A stretch of 64,000 nucleotides of DNA from Octopus sinensis (lineage: Eukaryota): positions 64,666,001-64,730,000 of the forward strand of contig NC_043006.1 in the NCBI RefSeq assembly GCF_006345805.1, given 5' to 3'. The notes below the pieces were generated by a model that saw only the letters and a program-made list of their open reading frames with translations, did no database searches and was not told the origin of the DNA. Every line of letters starts with the position of its first letter. Within the stretch, counting starts at the first letter, position 1. Below are positions 28,002-42,399 of this stretch, piece by piece. Made by a program: the position numbers and the translations under genes.

Positions 28002-28385
28002 GGCGGCGAGCTGGCAGAAACATTAGCACGCCGGGCGAAATGCGTAGCCGTATTTCGTCTGAGTTCAAATTCCGCCGAGGTCGACTTTGCCTTTCATCCT
28101 TTCGGGGTCGATAAATTAAGTACCAGTTACGCACTGGGGTCGATATAATCGACTTAATCCGTTTGTCTGTCCTTGTTTGTCCTCTCTGTGTTTACCCTTG
28201 TAGGTAGTAAAGAAATAGGTATTTCGTCTGTCTTCATGTTCTGAGTTCAAATTCCGCCGAGGTCGACTTTGCCTTTCATCCTTCCGGAGTCGATAAATTA
28301 AGTACCAGTTGAGTACTGGGGTCGATCTAATCGAGTGGACCCCTCCCCCAAAATTTCGGGCCTTGTGCCTAGAGTAGAAAAGAAT
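28002..28385 (+). mobile_element. tRNA-derived SINE family B (one full copy plus a partial tandem copy)
   Basis: Head ggcggcgagctggcagaa...gagttcaaattcc and central GAGGTCGACTTTGCCTTTCATCC..GGTCGATAAATTAAGTACCAG domain. Other copies near 7190-7370, 36660-36870, 39430-39580, 46915-47110, 48350-48570, 50395-50600 and 58400-58620. Confidence 0.85.
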
Positions 28386-29379
28386 ATTTTTCACGCGGAT
28401 TTCTTTTAGAGGTCGCTGGGTTTGCAAATTGTCTTCTTTTATTTTCTTTTACGTGATTCGGTCATTGGACTGTGGCCAAACTGGGGCACCGCCTTGAAGA
28501 GTTTTAGTGGAACAAATCCACACCAGTACATATTCTTCTTAAATCTATGTATGTTTCTATGTGTGTGTGTGTGTGTGTGTGTGCGTGTGCGTGTGTGTAA
28601 GTGTGTGGGTATAAGTAAAAGAGTAAAAGAGTAACCTTGCTACCAAGCAGGGGCCCAGTGAAAATTAACTCTGAATTAAGAAGAGGAACAGGCAACATGC
28701 GTACGCGCACTCAGACACACACACACGCGCAAATACACACACACGCCTATGTAGGAAGGAAAGCCTCTTGTTTTGTACATCACCTTTTAAATCTTTAGGT
28801 TTTGCAGATTTTTATTGTTCTAGGTACCGTGATCATTTATAGCATATGAGCCAAGGACTTGCAGTCTCTCCTCAAGAACACAAATTCAGCCATTCTTTGC
28901 TCTATATCCTGTTGTTCCAATAATAAGGGGTGAGATTTTGCAAATCCAGTTTGAGATTTGCAAACTTCTTATCAAGGTCCATAGACGAATTTTTATCCCA
29001 TATTTTTCTAACCAATCCGATGCCAAGAGGGCAAATGATTTCGACAACGGATCATATTTTGTCATGTGGTCCTCCATAAAGAATATTTCGCCGGTTGTAT
29101 TTTAACGTGGTGGCTGTTTTAATTTTTAGTTCCATCAATATTTTCGACACATCATTCTCAATGGAGTCGACTGTGTTGAATTTTGTTTATGTGTGCGTGT
29201 ATTTATGTATGTAAGTAATCTGTGGATGCACTTTTGTGTGTACGGTTAAACAAGAATGAAAATATTTACCTGTATATGGCTGTGTGTATGTATGTGTGTG
29301 CGTGTGTGTACATATATATATATGCTTGTGTGGGTATGTGTGTATGTACGTGTATATGTGTGTGAGTGTGCGCGTGTGT

Positions 29380-29525
29380 GTGTGAGAGAGAGAGAGTGAG
29401 AGAGAGAATGTGTGTGTGAGAGAGAGCGTGAAAGAGAGAGAGAATGCGTGTGTGTGAGAGAGAGAGAGAAAGAGAGAGGGAGAAAGAGCGAGAGAGAAGA
29501 GAGAGAGAAAGAGAGAGGGAGAAAG

Positions 29526-29606
<81 letters not shown>

Positions 29607-29622
29607 AGAGAGAGGGAGAAAG

Positions 29623-29668
<46 letters not shown>

Positions 29669-29670
29669 TG
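29380..29670. repeat. (GA)n-rich microsatellite
   Basis: Directly visible. Confidence 0.95.
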
Positions 29671-30420
29671 GTGTGTGTGTGTGTGTGTTCAGAAATGAAA
29701 TAGAGGTGCATTGAGAGGAGAGGAAAGAGAAGAGCAAAAAGCATAGAGAAGGAGAAATGCAACTGAATGTTTTGACTAAATGGAAAGAGCAGACGACATG
29801 TCACGAGACTAACATACAAGAGGAAAACCAAACATTTTTTTTTGTCTGTTACATATGTTTTATATGTCATTTTGATGCTATTATAAATTAGACATATTTA
29901 AGATTGCCATTATCTTTCATATTTTACTTGTTTCAGCCACTGGACTACGGCCATGCTGGGGCACCGCCTTGGCGGGTTTTAGTCGAACATATCGAAATTT
30001 TAAAGTTTGGCCACTTTCGCCGAATCGCTCAGTTACGAGAATGCAAACAAACTAACGTCGGCTGTCAAACAATGGGAGAGAGGACAAATACTAACACACA
30101 CACACACATATAAATGCATATATATATATACGACGGGCTTCGGTCATCCCGGGGTTATAGAAGTCACTTGCTCAAGGGGACGAACTCAAAAATATGTGAC
30201 TGTAAAGCAAGTATCTTAACCGCACAGTTGTATCTAGGAAAGGAATTCAAAATAGTGTCGTCCTTCTCTTGGACAGCGCGTGCGCTCAAACTCGCGCACA
30301 TTTACATATAGAAAGAGAGAGAGAGTATGTGTATAGCAATCTGTATAAGAATCTCTCTCTCTCTCTCTGTCTTTTTTTGTTTGGGGAAGAAGGGACATCT
30401 CTTATTCTTTTTGTCATGTC

Positions 30421-30457
<37 letters not shown>

Positions 30458-30506
30458 ATACCTATACATACACACCAGCGCATTTATATAAACGTATGTA
30501 TGAATA

Positions 30507-30928
30507 GGCGCAGGAGTGGCTGTGTGGTAAGTAGTTTGCTAACCAACCACATGGTTCCGGGTTCAGTCCTACTGCGTGGCATCTTGGGCAAGTGTCTTCT
30601 GCTATAGCCCCGGGCCGACCAATACCTTGTGAGTGGATTTGGTAGACGGAAACTGAAAGAAGCCTGTCGTATATATGTATATATATATATATAAGTGTGT
30701 GTGTATATTTTGTGTGTCTATGTTTGTCCCCCTAGCATTGCTTGACAACTGATGCTGGTGTGTTTACGTCCATGTCACTTAGCGGTTCGGCAAAAGAGAC
30801 CGATAGAATAAGTACTGGGCTTACAAAGAATAAGTCCCGGGGTCGATTTGCTCGACTAAAAGGCGGTGCTCCAGCATGGCCGCAGTCAAATGACTGAAAC
30901 AAGTAAAAGAGTAAAGAGTAAAAGAGTA
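30507..30928 (+). mobile_element. tRNA-derived SINE family A, near full-length, CpGs intact
   Basis: A-box/B-box head (GGCTGTGTGG, GGTTCAGTCC), internal (TA/TG)n and (AAAAGAGT)n tail. Further copies at about 2098-2430(-), 7650-8255(-), 11928-12317(+), 33890-34275(-), 55603-55965(+), 57710-58060(+) and 62165-62540(-). Resembles the octopus OK/OR SINE set; the exact family name was not verified. Confidence 0.9.
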
Positions 30929-30949
30929 TAGATTCACAATTATGTATAC

Positions 30950-31023
<74 letters not shown>

Positions 31024-31212
31024 GCGCAAATATTCTAAAAAGCAGGTTGATTACAGAATCCTGCGTATGAATACATCAGAATTTAATTTACGACGAACTC
31101 ACCGGACAACCATAGGAATTCCACGCATGCGTGCACCAGTATTACTTCTGAGAGAGAAATCTAGGGGAGGCACATCCCAAAGACTGCAGGCAAGCCTATC
31201 GTGTTTCTGCGG

Positions 31213-31226
31213 CCAGCAGAGGGCGC
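31213..31226 (+). promoter_or_regulatory. CTCF consensus site
   Basis: CCAGCAGAGGGCGC matches the CTCF core; an E2F-like TTTGCGCGCGAAA lies at 31266-31278. Confidence 0.5.
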
Positions 31227-31602
31227 TTCGCTGGTGAGAAAGCTCCATGCTTGCTGTGAATTCATTTTGCGCGCGAAATCCGAAGTCAGGTGCACTGTAA
31301 CAAATGGCCAGGTTGTTGTGACATTGTGAGATTGCAACAGTTCCGTTGTTCCCGCTGTTTGTCTGGCTTGCTGTGTGCACTGACATAGCCTGAAATGTAG
31401 GGTATACGAAGGAAAATTGACCTCAACACTGTACATAAAGACATTCTACAAGAAAAAAAAGCAGTTTTACACACACACACACACACACACAGAGTAATTC
31501 CTCGACTATTGTGGGTGTTACGTTCCAAAAGCCCCCCACAATAGCTGAAAATCCGAGAAACAGTAATGTACGGTATATATATATTTTTCTTTTTCCATAA
31601 CT

Positions 31603-31633
<31 letters not shown>

Positions 31634-32013
31634 GTTAATAAAATAGAACATATGCATATATATAAACATATATGTACGTACCTACCTCTACATGTACATA
31701 TACACGCATATATGTGTACAGGACACCAAAAAGACGTCGAACACATAGAGAGACGAAAAACAGACACAAACCAAGGAACAAGACAAGCAAAAAAAAAAAA
31801 GAGATACAGGACAATAAGCACAACGAAAAATCCCCTTCTTCAGTCGCTAAGGTTTCATCTACTAAACGTTTCGAAGGATAAAAGCGAGACGTATACTTCG
31901 AAGAAACTTCCTTCCTGCGAAAAGCAAATCAATTAAAATTCTGAGATCTTTTCGCAGAGGGGTAAAAAAAGCAAATATATATATATATTATATATATATA
32001 TAATATATATATA

Positions 32014-32053
<40 letters not shown>

Positions 32054-32194
32054 TATTTTATTATATACATTTATTGTATTTAAATGCAAAACAACACCAC
32101 GGAGGAATCGACGTAAGCTTAAATAATAAACAGCGATAGGTGAACCACGATATGGGAGGGATTGCTGTTGCAAATATGTGCGCGTACATATAGA

Positions 32195-33029
32195 CAGGGG
32201 TTTGACAAAATAATGGAAACACCTTATTAAAAGAAAGTTTTATTTTATATGGAGTCGGTCCATTTTTGACATCATTCACAGCTTGAATACATCGAGGAAT
32301 TAATTTGTACACGTTCTGAATTTTGAGCCATTTGTCAAGTGAAAATCCTGCTTTAGTTCTTTCAGTGACGATGGCGGTGGGAAGCGGTTCCTCACCTGCT
32401 ACTCTGAAAAGCACAATAAATGTTCGATTGTAGGGACCAATCCGAAGAGCTTGCTTCATTTCTTTGTTCTTCATAGTAGTTTTAAACGAAACCAGTGCAG
32501 TGACTCGATGCATTATCGTCTTGGAAGACAGCGTTGCTATCGAAGAACAACGTTTATAACAGCCGACGGATATGGTCAACCAAAATACTCAGAAAATTCT
32601 TGGCGTTAATTGAATAATTAAAGGCCCAAGATAATTCCATGATATGGCTGCTAAATAACCACAGAGCCACCTCCATGCTTCTCGGTTGGAGCCACACACA
32701 GTTGAAGTCTTCTATGGGATGTCTCTAGACATACACACACTCCGCCTCGAACAGGGTGAAGGAGTGAGTGGTGATTTATCAGACGTGACATATTTCCATT
32801 GAACCATTGACCACTTCTGATAGCCTAGACACCATTTCCCCCACTTATCAATGTTGATGGGAGACAGCAGAGGTTTAGTGATTGCAGCCTTGTCATGAAG
32901 TCCAGTTTTATGGAGCTCACGATGAATCGTTTTGGTTGACATAGGGTTGGCAAACTATTGGTTTAGCTCTATTGTTACTCTTGCTACCATAGTTCGATGG
33001 GTTTTAGACACAATATGTCTCGCTGTTCT

Positions 33030-33084
<55 letters not shown>

Positions 33085-33300
33085 TTTGCCTTCCGTCCAG
33101 AATTATGCGTGTCGGAGCTGGTTTTCACTTTGGTTTTGCAAAGCCAACACGATTTTAGAGATTGTATCTCTCGAAACATTGAACAATCCAGCAGCTTTAG
33201 TGGCTAAAACTCTAACCATTCGCGTTTCAACAATTTGTCCTTTTTTGGAAATCAGGTGGATCGAGCATTTTGATTTATTTAAATAGGAATATCTGAAAAA
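32195..33300 (-). mobile_element. Tc1-family (DD34E-type) transposon relic
   Basis: HTH segment KTIHRELHK, AVFQDDNA and IPRCIQAVNDVKNGPTPY. One TIR-like end (caggggtttgacaaaataatggaaacacc at 32195). (CT)n inserted at about 33034-33081. Confidence 0.85.
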
Positions 33301-34072
33301 AGAAAATCTGGGCTATGACATGAAGTACAAGGCATACATTATACATATGAACACGTAAATACAAACTCGAACAGTTCTAAATTTGTCATGTTGCCAATAG
33401 AAAAAGCATCAGTCAAATAAAAAGTGGCGGATTTATTAATTCGTCCTGCATATGTTAATCGGTCACCAAGGAAACTCAGGAACCGAGAGCCACTTGTGTC
33501 GCCTTTGGTACTTTACATCATAATGTTCGTTTTGGTTCATTTCCAGAGTGATTCCCAAGCAAACAAAATACTACTTCTCTCCTTGCAAGTTCGAGCTTCG
33601 TTGAAGTGTCAACTATCTAACGAGTGCGCATGTGCAAGGGACAGACTGAAGTTTAGTATCGACAAAAAACCGAACGGACTTTTTTTGGCCAACCCAGTTT
33701 ATGAAGTTTTGCGTGAAACTAGAAACTGTTGAAACGAATTCGAAGAGATGATCATCTATTGTTAGGTTGGTGCTTCTTATTACATACGCACGCGCAGACA
33801 CACATACATACACATACGTGCAAACATGCACATACATGCGCTCACACACATTTGTACATGCATGCATATATATATATATATATATTTATACTCTTTACTC
33901 TTTTACTTGTTTCAGCCTTTAGTCGAGCAACTCGACCCCGGGACTTAGTTTTTGTAAGCCCAGTACTTATTCTATCGGTCTATTTTGCCGAACCGCTAAG
34001 TGACGAGGACATAAACACACCAGCATCGGTTGTCAAGCAATGCTAGGGGGACAAACACAGACACACAAACAT

Positions 34073-34103
<31 letters not shown>

Positions 34104-34272
34104 ATATATATACGACGGACTTCTTTCAGTTTCCGTCTACCAAATCCACTTACAACGCTTTGGTCGGCCTGAGGCTATAGTAGAATACACTTGCCCAAGG
34201 TGCCACGCAGTGGGACTGAACCGGAACCATGTGGTTGGTAAGCAAGCTATTTACCACACAGCCCCTCCTGCG

Positions 34273-34356
<84 letters not shown>

Positions 34357-34994
34357 ATGTATATATATATATATATTCTGTTGTGTCTGGGGAGAGTCAT
34401 TTTCTTTTTGTGCCTTATAATTTAACACACTCACCGGTAAAATTTCCACTTATTTCTTATTTTTATTTTCCTAAAATTTTCGTTGTGTCTTGCAACCTTA
34501 GTGAATCTCGAAGCATATAAAGTTATTAGTATGTAAATATTGGGGCTAAAAACACTATTTGGATATAAAAGGTCGAAGTCTGTTATTATTTATAGTTTTG
34601 TGTACTTCGAGGTTCACTGTGCTCCCTCCCACTCCAACTTATTTCACGTTCTCTTCAAAGTTTATAAAATTCTTATGACGTCAGAAATGTATGTATGTAT
34701 GTATGTATGTATGTATGTATGTATGTATGTATGTATGTATGTATGTATGTATAAATGTATGTATGTATGTATGCATGTATAACGCAGCATTCAATGATGA
34801 ACAACATGAGCTTACCTATAAAATCGAACCAAACCAGTGACGTACTGTGCGCAAAAACATGGAATAGGTTGGAACAGGTCGAGCCAGACGATGTTGTAAC
34901 CACGCGACACCAAATCTTCTTTGTTGGTTGGCAACGGTGAGTGGATACAATGACACTTGTCTGTGATTGTCTGTTTTATGGGACGACAGAGATA

Positions 34995-35053
34995 TCATAG
35001 AGAGTTTAATAGATAGGCTGGGGGTGATGGTGGTGGTGGTGGTGGTGGTGGTA

Positions 35054-35097
<44 letters not shown>

Positions 35098-35275
35098 GGT
35101 GGTGGTGGTGGTGGTAATGATAGAAGTAGTGGTGGTGGTGGTAGTGGTAGTGGTGGTGGTGGTGGTGGTGGTGATAGTATTGGTGGTGGTGGTAGTAGTA
35201 GTGGTAGTAGTAGTGGTAGTAGTAGTGGTAGTAGTAGTGGTAGTAGTAGTAGTAATGGTGTGGTGGTGGTAGTAG
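34995..35275. repeat. (GGT)/(AGT) trinucleotide array; similar arrays at 14380-14870 and 25860-26130
   Basis: Directly visible; source of the poly-V and poly-T ORFs. Confidence 0.95.
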
Positions 35276-35995
35276 TCACTGAGAGCTACTTCCGATATTC
35301 TGTCGTCTGCCATGGCGAAATCCCTTTTGAAACTCAGACGTAGTTTGTGTCTCAGCCCAAACATGTGTGGTGATATGTGGAGGCGCGTGGGCTAGTGGCT
35401 AGAGTATTGCACCTACTATCTCGAGATGGTGGTTTCGATCCCTGGACAGGGTAGTGCGTTATGTCCTTGAGCGAAAATGCTTAATTTCACATTGCTCTGC
35501 GATTACTTTAACATCTCACTTGTAGTGCATCGTGTACAAGGAATCTTTTCTACTCTACGCATTTCGCCCGGCGTGCTAATTTTCTGCCAGCTCGCTGCCT
35601 TGCACGTGTACAAGGAAAGTCGATTTGACGGAGGGAAGGTGAGAAACGGCGTTGGTTTGTTAACGTCCCCGTGACTAAGCGTTTCGGCTAAAAGTGTGAG
35701 TCATTGTGATAGTGTTGGCGTTTCATCGTTACCATAACAACCACCGTTATAATTATAGTTATAAGTTTGAAAGCTGAGACTGCGGAGATGAGTTACAACT
35801 AGATGCAGTCTCCAAGCGGTTTAAATGCACAATTCTCCGATATCCAAGTGGTTAAAAAGTTCCAGCAGAAGGAAAACCCAGGAGCCATGGTTTCGATGTG
35901 ACCCGGTCCTCTTAGAGAGCAAGAAGTTAAGGACCGAAACACTTGCCCGTCCGAGGTGGAGTTTCTTCTCTGAAGATCGTCTGCTGTTCATCTCT

Positions 35996-36065
<70 letters not shown>

Positions 36066-36959
36066 CATATCACCCGCCCAGACGTACTTGATTTGTTTCA
36101 ACAAATTAACTCTGCAGATTGTTCAGTAACGGAACCCTCACCTGTCGTCTACAACAGGAGAATCCTCCCCAGGTAACGTGGCGGTTTCTGCTCATTTCAG
36201 CTGATCCTAAATTTAAAATGAGCATTTAAATTTGAATTATTATCCAATCAAACATATCAAACAGCAGTACGCATGACAGCGTGGTGAATAAGTTTGCTTT
36301 GTAACTACGTATTTCCGACTTCAGTCCCGTTGCGCAGCACCTTGAGCACGTGTCTTTTGCCACAGCCCCGGGTTGACCAATGCCTTGTGAGTGAATTTAG
36401 TACATGGAGACTGTGTAGAACCCCGTCGTGTATATATATATATTTGTGTCGGTGTGCGTGTGTGTTTATCACCCACCTCCCGCTTGTAAAAGAAACCGAT
36501 TGGATAAGTAAGTGGTAGGTTTAAATAGAACAGTGGATTTGTTTTGTTCGATATAAACCCTTTAAAGTAATACAATTCTATATTTCTGAGATGAAGAATT
36601 CATATTATATACCCTGCTTACATTAGTCGGGAGTGGTGTAATAAACATTGGCTTCAAATTTTAGCACAAGACCAGCTGTTTTTGAGGTGAGGAAAGAAAT
36701 CGATCACATCGATACCTAGTGCTCAACTGGTATTTTTTTTATCGACCTCGAGAAGATGAAAGGCAAAATCGGCCTTGGCGGAACTTGAACTCTGAACGTA
36801 ACAACGGGAGAAATACCGTTAAGCATTTCGTCCAGCGCGCTAACGATTCAACCAGCTCGTCGCCTTCAATAATAATAATTATTATTATTCTGTCACAATA
36901 TATGAATAATTATTTCTAACATAGGCACCAAGAAATATGATACCACCATTTCCAAAGAG

Positions 36960-36962
36960 CTA

Positions 36963-37011
<49 letters not shown>

Positions 37012-37013
37012 CA

Positions 37014-37074
<61 letters not shown>

Positions 37075-37082
37075 CAACAACA

Positions 37083-37133
<51 letters not shown>

Positions 37134-37135
37134 TT
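36960..37135. repeat. (AAT)n array at the 3' end of the Penelope-like element
   Basis: Directly visible. Confidence 0.95.
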
Positions 37136-37139
37136 TTAA

Positions 37140-39190
37140 AAAGGATTGACGTAACTCTTCACAAAGGTAAACAGTCAAGACGAAGAGTACGATTCGATTG
37201 TAAGATATTTTATAAGTTGAACGACATTTCAATAGTACGTCTGTTTTTGTCAAGTTCTAAATAAAATTTCTTTAATTTTGAATAAAATGCAAAATAATAG
37301 AAATTTAAACGTAAAGTATGAACGAGAGCAACCAACATCCATGCGTTGATGGAATGACATCATCAGTTTTTAAGTTACAATTTTATAACAGGCGAGAAGA
37401 AAAAGACAGAAAAAAGAAGACGACAGAAAAAAAAGAAAGGAAAAAGAGAGAAAGAAGAATATTTGATCAAACAGTTTTGTATAAATTGGTGATATTCTCC
37501 TGTCATATTCATTCCCCCAGGGCGTGATGTTAATAACCCACAAACATATTTCTCCTCATACATTCTGAGAAGTGAAAGTGAAGCAGATTGAGAATATTTT
37601 CTGAGAATATGCACTTTCAAGTCTTCTTCAAAATTGCAGCCGCTTGAAACGAAATGTTCAGCAAGTTCTGTCCAACTACTGTTATTGTGCCTGACGTTGA
37701 ATCTGTGCCCATTAAACTTTTTGTTTAATTGTTCTGTTGTACAACTAACATAAATAGTGTTTCGTGCATTCTGCAGCGTACAACCAAATGGGAATCTTTA
37801 CGTGTTCCACTCTATGATTTCTGTATAAATCATAATATCTCTGTTATGATTTCTGATGGAATTCACTTCACTCATGTTGTTGCATGATGAACAGGGCTTA
37901 CCTCTCTTGCGGTTGTTATTTAAGGTACAGCGTGCAGATACTCCAATGTTCGTTTTCTTGGAGTTAGATATAGATGTCAGTAATTCTCTTATATTCTTAT
38001 TCCGTCTAAAGGCTACAATAGGTGGCTGAGGAAATATCTGTTTGAAGCGAGGATATTTTTTCGCCATATGCTGGTAACTTTCATGCGACACTTTTGAAAT
38101 GCCAGTGAAATGTCGGTGCCAGTTAATCACTAAAAGAATTCTGTCTTCTATTGTATTGTGTTTGCTAAAAATATGCGTGTAGGTTTGAATATCTTTGCTA
38201 ATCTTAGCTATTTCCTTTAATCGTGATTCACTGTAACCGCGTTTGACAATATACAAAAGCATTTGCATGTTTCCAGTAATCGCCTATGTTAGTACAAATC
38301 CATTTTATCTTCAAAATTAGGATTTCGGATTTGATCGAATAAGATGACGTGGATGATCGGAGCGGCGGTGGAGATAAATGTAAGATGACGTGAGCTTGCA
38401 AAATAACTCTGTCATTATTCTGCCTCCAGAAAACTTGACTTTTGTGTGCAAAAATTCAACGCTAGTTTTTAAAAATCTAGACGTAAATTTTATGTTGGAC
38501 TTAAAGCCATAGTTTCTAGCATAACAGTCACAGAAATGCAAGAAGTCCATTAAACTATCCTGTAATCTTTCCCAGACAAAAAATATGTCGTCAATGAACT
38601 GTAACCAGAGTATTGGTTCATGACCATGAAGGGATTTGAATGTCTTCAGTAACTGTGTCGCGAATTTCGTCATGAAGACATTAGCGAAATTAACTGCCAT
38701 GGCGCAACCCTTGGTCTGGTGGTAAAATCTTTATTTAAATTTCATTGTGTTACTTTCTAATTTACATCAATAATTTACAGAGAAATTTTGATGGAATACT
38801 TTTGTTTGACCGCTTTTCGAAGGCATCCATGCATGCTTTTACCCCTTCGTTGTGGTCAATATTGGGATATAAGGAAGAAACACCCATGGTTACCAAAAAA
38901 AACAGTTCTCGATATGGCCAGTATTATTTTGTCAAGTTCCTCTCTGTAATTGGGGTTTGGATCGACAGTTAATTCTTCATATGAAGTTTTGTCATTTAAA
39001 ACTTCTTCGCAAGCCGAAATATACTCAGTTTTGTTCATAATTACGATAGCGCCTCTCTTATCGCAATATGATTTTATTCGTTCCATGACCGAGCTCATCT
39101 TATGATTTATTCGTTTTGCAAATCGATTTTCCCCATTGAAATTGACTAAAATATAATTAATCTGTGCCACCCCCGCAAAAAAAACACTCA
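37140..39190 (-). mobile_element. Decayed Penelope-like retroelement (RT + linker + C-terminal GIY-YIG), internally deleted
   Basis: Fragments DKRGAIVIMNKTEY...DPNP, VSSLYPNIDH, FYHQTKGCAM, WLQFIDDIFFVW, IKFT, YLHRRSDHP, IFPQPPIVAFRRNKNIRELL, C-x11-C-x2-C linker, LYAAEC..IYVSCT...FNGHR...LAEHF, and EEKYVCGLLTSRPGGMN. Several frameshifts and stops. Confidence 0.88.
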
Positions 39191-42100
39191 AAAATAATTT
39201 TTTTATGGGTTTTAAAACAGAAAAAGTGTAGTTACCAGTAAAATGACAATTATAAAAAAAGAGAATGCAACAGAAATATGTAAACTGGTTGTATTAACAG
39301 AATTACCTTAAAGATGGGATGCTTTGTGTGCTCGTACTGTGGATTTCCTTCCGTTCGTACTTCAAGACAAAAATTCGCACGAATCTCGGCTCGTACAGAA
39401 AATTACTGGTACAATGGGGCACTCGTACTGTGAGGTTCTACTGTACTTATTTTATCGACCCCTAAAAGGATGGAATTTGAGCTCAGAACGTAAAGACGGA
39501 CGAAATGCTGCTAAGCATATTGTCTGGCGCGGTAACGATTCTGCCAAGCTCGCCGCCTTTGATGTAGTAAATGTTAATAGTCAAGCTAAAGAACTCCGTT
39601 CTACCTGGCCTTGAAGATATAACTGGTCCTCCATCGGTTACGAAGACGAGGGCTACAGTTGATACGATCAATGGAACAACTTGGTCGTGAAATTAACGCT
39701 CATGTGGCTGAGCACTCCACAGACACGTAGTTCTCAGGGAAATTCAGAGTAACACAGAGTGTGACAAGACTGGCCCTTTGAAATACATGTACTACTCATT
39801 TTTACCAGCTGAGTGGACTGGGGCAATGTGAAATAAAGTGTTTTGCTCAAGTAGACAACGCGTCGACGGGAATTGAACTCACGACCTTACAATCGTGAAC
39901 CGAATTCCCCTCACCACCAAGCCATGTGCCATCAGTGCTGAAGACACCTCTATACTAAAAGATTATATGGTCAGTATTAAATTGAAAGAATACATACATC
40001 TGCCGTATTTCGGATCCCTGTTTCTCTTTACTTATTAAATGACGAAAATGATTGAGCAGGGAATATTAGAGCATATTCCACCTGATGGTAGCAAGTAGGC
40101 GTTTCCTATTGTAGGCGAGGATTTACGCAGCTGAGGTGATTATAAGGTAAAAATGTTAACCACAAGTTTTGTTTGGGCTCTTATCCAACTTTAAATACCG
40201 AATCGTTTGCTGGAATGAAATTTTTTGCAAAATTCCATCTCCGAAGAGTAGTAACTGTTCTCTACAAAATACACATAAAAATTCAGGAAAATGTTATCAC
40301 CTTAGCATGAAAGATGCTATTTTACGAGTACAGATATATTCAAGCCAACACGTAATTTCTAAAAACACGATGTTAAAAATACGCTCTCTAGACAGGAGCT
40401 TTCTGTGCTTAACTAATTACAATTTGGACACAAACTTTTGGAGACTGTCATAAGAGCCATCTCTGCATACTATGTACAAGGGTTGGACTCAAAAATACCT
40501 CTTGTTACATAAACCATAGAAACTGTGTTGAACGAGTGACTAGCTCTTCGAACACTTATACAAAGTGACTTCGTTCCTTTGTCTGTTTTTGATCGATTTA
40601 TGTACCAACAACTGCTGAATATTATATGGTTCAACTATCTACCGTTCAACAGCAACTGAAGAGGCGAATAGTCCCCGAAACATCCATATCTCCCGAGAGA
40701 TAACGTATGGTAGATATTCTATATTTTCTTTAAAGCGTTTTATTCTTCTCATTTATTTAATTCACATGTCTGAAGAAAACTCGATCTTTCAGACAAGCAT
40801 GGCAGAGAGAACGCTAACAAAGGGAGAGGTTGGGGTGTTTTTGATGTATCAACCCACAGCTCCCTTTTTTCTTGGGATACTTTAACTACATTTATCTTCT
40901 GCTCTCTCCCCACAACCAATCTCTTTTCTCTCATTGAATCCAGCGATTAACCCCCGCTTGATCTTCATCTTTCTTACTTTCATTGACATCCCTTTCCTCT
41001 ATATTCTACAATGTCCTTTCCCCTCAACCTCTCCAGATTCTTATTGCCCTCATCTCTTTCTCTTTCGTGTCCCTTTAACATAGTGATGTAGCCCATGCAC
41101 ACTCACCCCATCGCCATTCTACTCTGTTCCTCTCTCTCTCTTCCACCTTCATCATCGTTTCAACGTCTACTCTTCCATGCTTCCTTGTGTCAATCAGTGA
41201 AGGTGCGTGGATCAGTGGTTAGAGTATTTGACTCACGATCATAAGGCCTTGAGTTCAATTCTCAGCAATGCAAGACTCTTTAGTTCACATTGCTCCAGTC
41301 CACTCAACTGGCAAAAATGAATTGTACCTGTAATTCAAAAGGGTCAGCCTTGTCACTTTCTGTATCTTCTTGATAATAACGTTAAGAGTGCGTGTATCTA
41401 TAGAATGCTCAGTCACGTGCATGTTAATTTTACGAGCAGGCTATTGTTCCACTGATCAGATCAAATGGAACCCTCACCTTCGTAACCAACAGAGTGCCAG
41501 TTGGGTCAGTCACGTTTATTGAAGCAGATTCTATACAGCTGGATGTCCTTCCTGTCAGCAACACTCACCTGTTTCCAAGAAGGGTTATATTTCCCCCATA
41601 GCTAGCCAGGTTTTTGTGGAATATTGGAAATAAATGACAGTGACAATCATTTACAAACTACCACACAATGTCAAGACAAGGAGACACAAACACACACATG
41701 GCAGGTTTCTTTCAGTTTCCTTCTACCAAATGCAATTACAAGGCTTTAGTTGGCTCAGAGCTACAGTAGAAAACACTGTCCAAATGTGTCACAAAGTGGC
41801 ACTGAACCTGAAACCATGTGGTTTCAAAACAAACTTCTTAACCACTTATTCCCATCATCATATTTCACCTTTTCATTGCCTCATTTCAAATCAACTCCTG
41901 CCTATTTCTCTCACTCATTTCTTTCAGTGGGGTGGGTTTATGGTCTTACCTTTTACAAAACGATCTTCACTATTGCCGGGGGACACAAAAACAAATACTC
42001 TGTAAAGTGGTTAGCATTAAGAAAGCCATCTCGCTGTGGAAATCCTACAAAAACTGAGGCGCTGGGTCCTGTTGAATCATTCAACTCTTGGCAGCATAGA

Positions 42101-42399
42101 AAGTGGGAAGTAAAATGATGATGATGATGACAAGATGTATGGCAACCTCACTAGAGCCAGTGACACGATAAAGGTACCCCGCACATGCTGTAAAGTGATT
42201 TGTCATTAGGAAGGGCATCCAACCGCAGAAACCATGTCAAAGTAAAGATTCGAGTTTGATGCAGTCCTTTGGATTCATTGGATCCTGTCAAACCACCCAA
42301 ACCACACCAGCATAGAGCATGGATGTTATATGATGATGTCTGGATGGGAGAGGAGATAATCATCGCTGAAAAGCTTTGGATCAAAAATCTGCTACTAGG

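Noticed and set aside
28886-29077. 63-aa non-repetitive minus-strand ORF
   Set aside because: No recognisable motif or splice signals; may be an old transposon fragment.
34816-35364. Poly-Thr / poly-Val / poly-Pro ORFs (mucin-like appearance)
   Set aside because: Pure GGT/AGT trinucleotide array with no splice or domain support.
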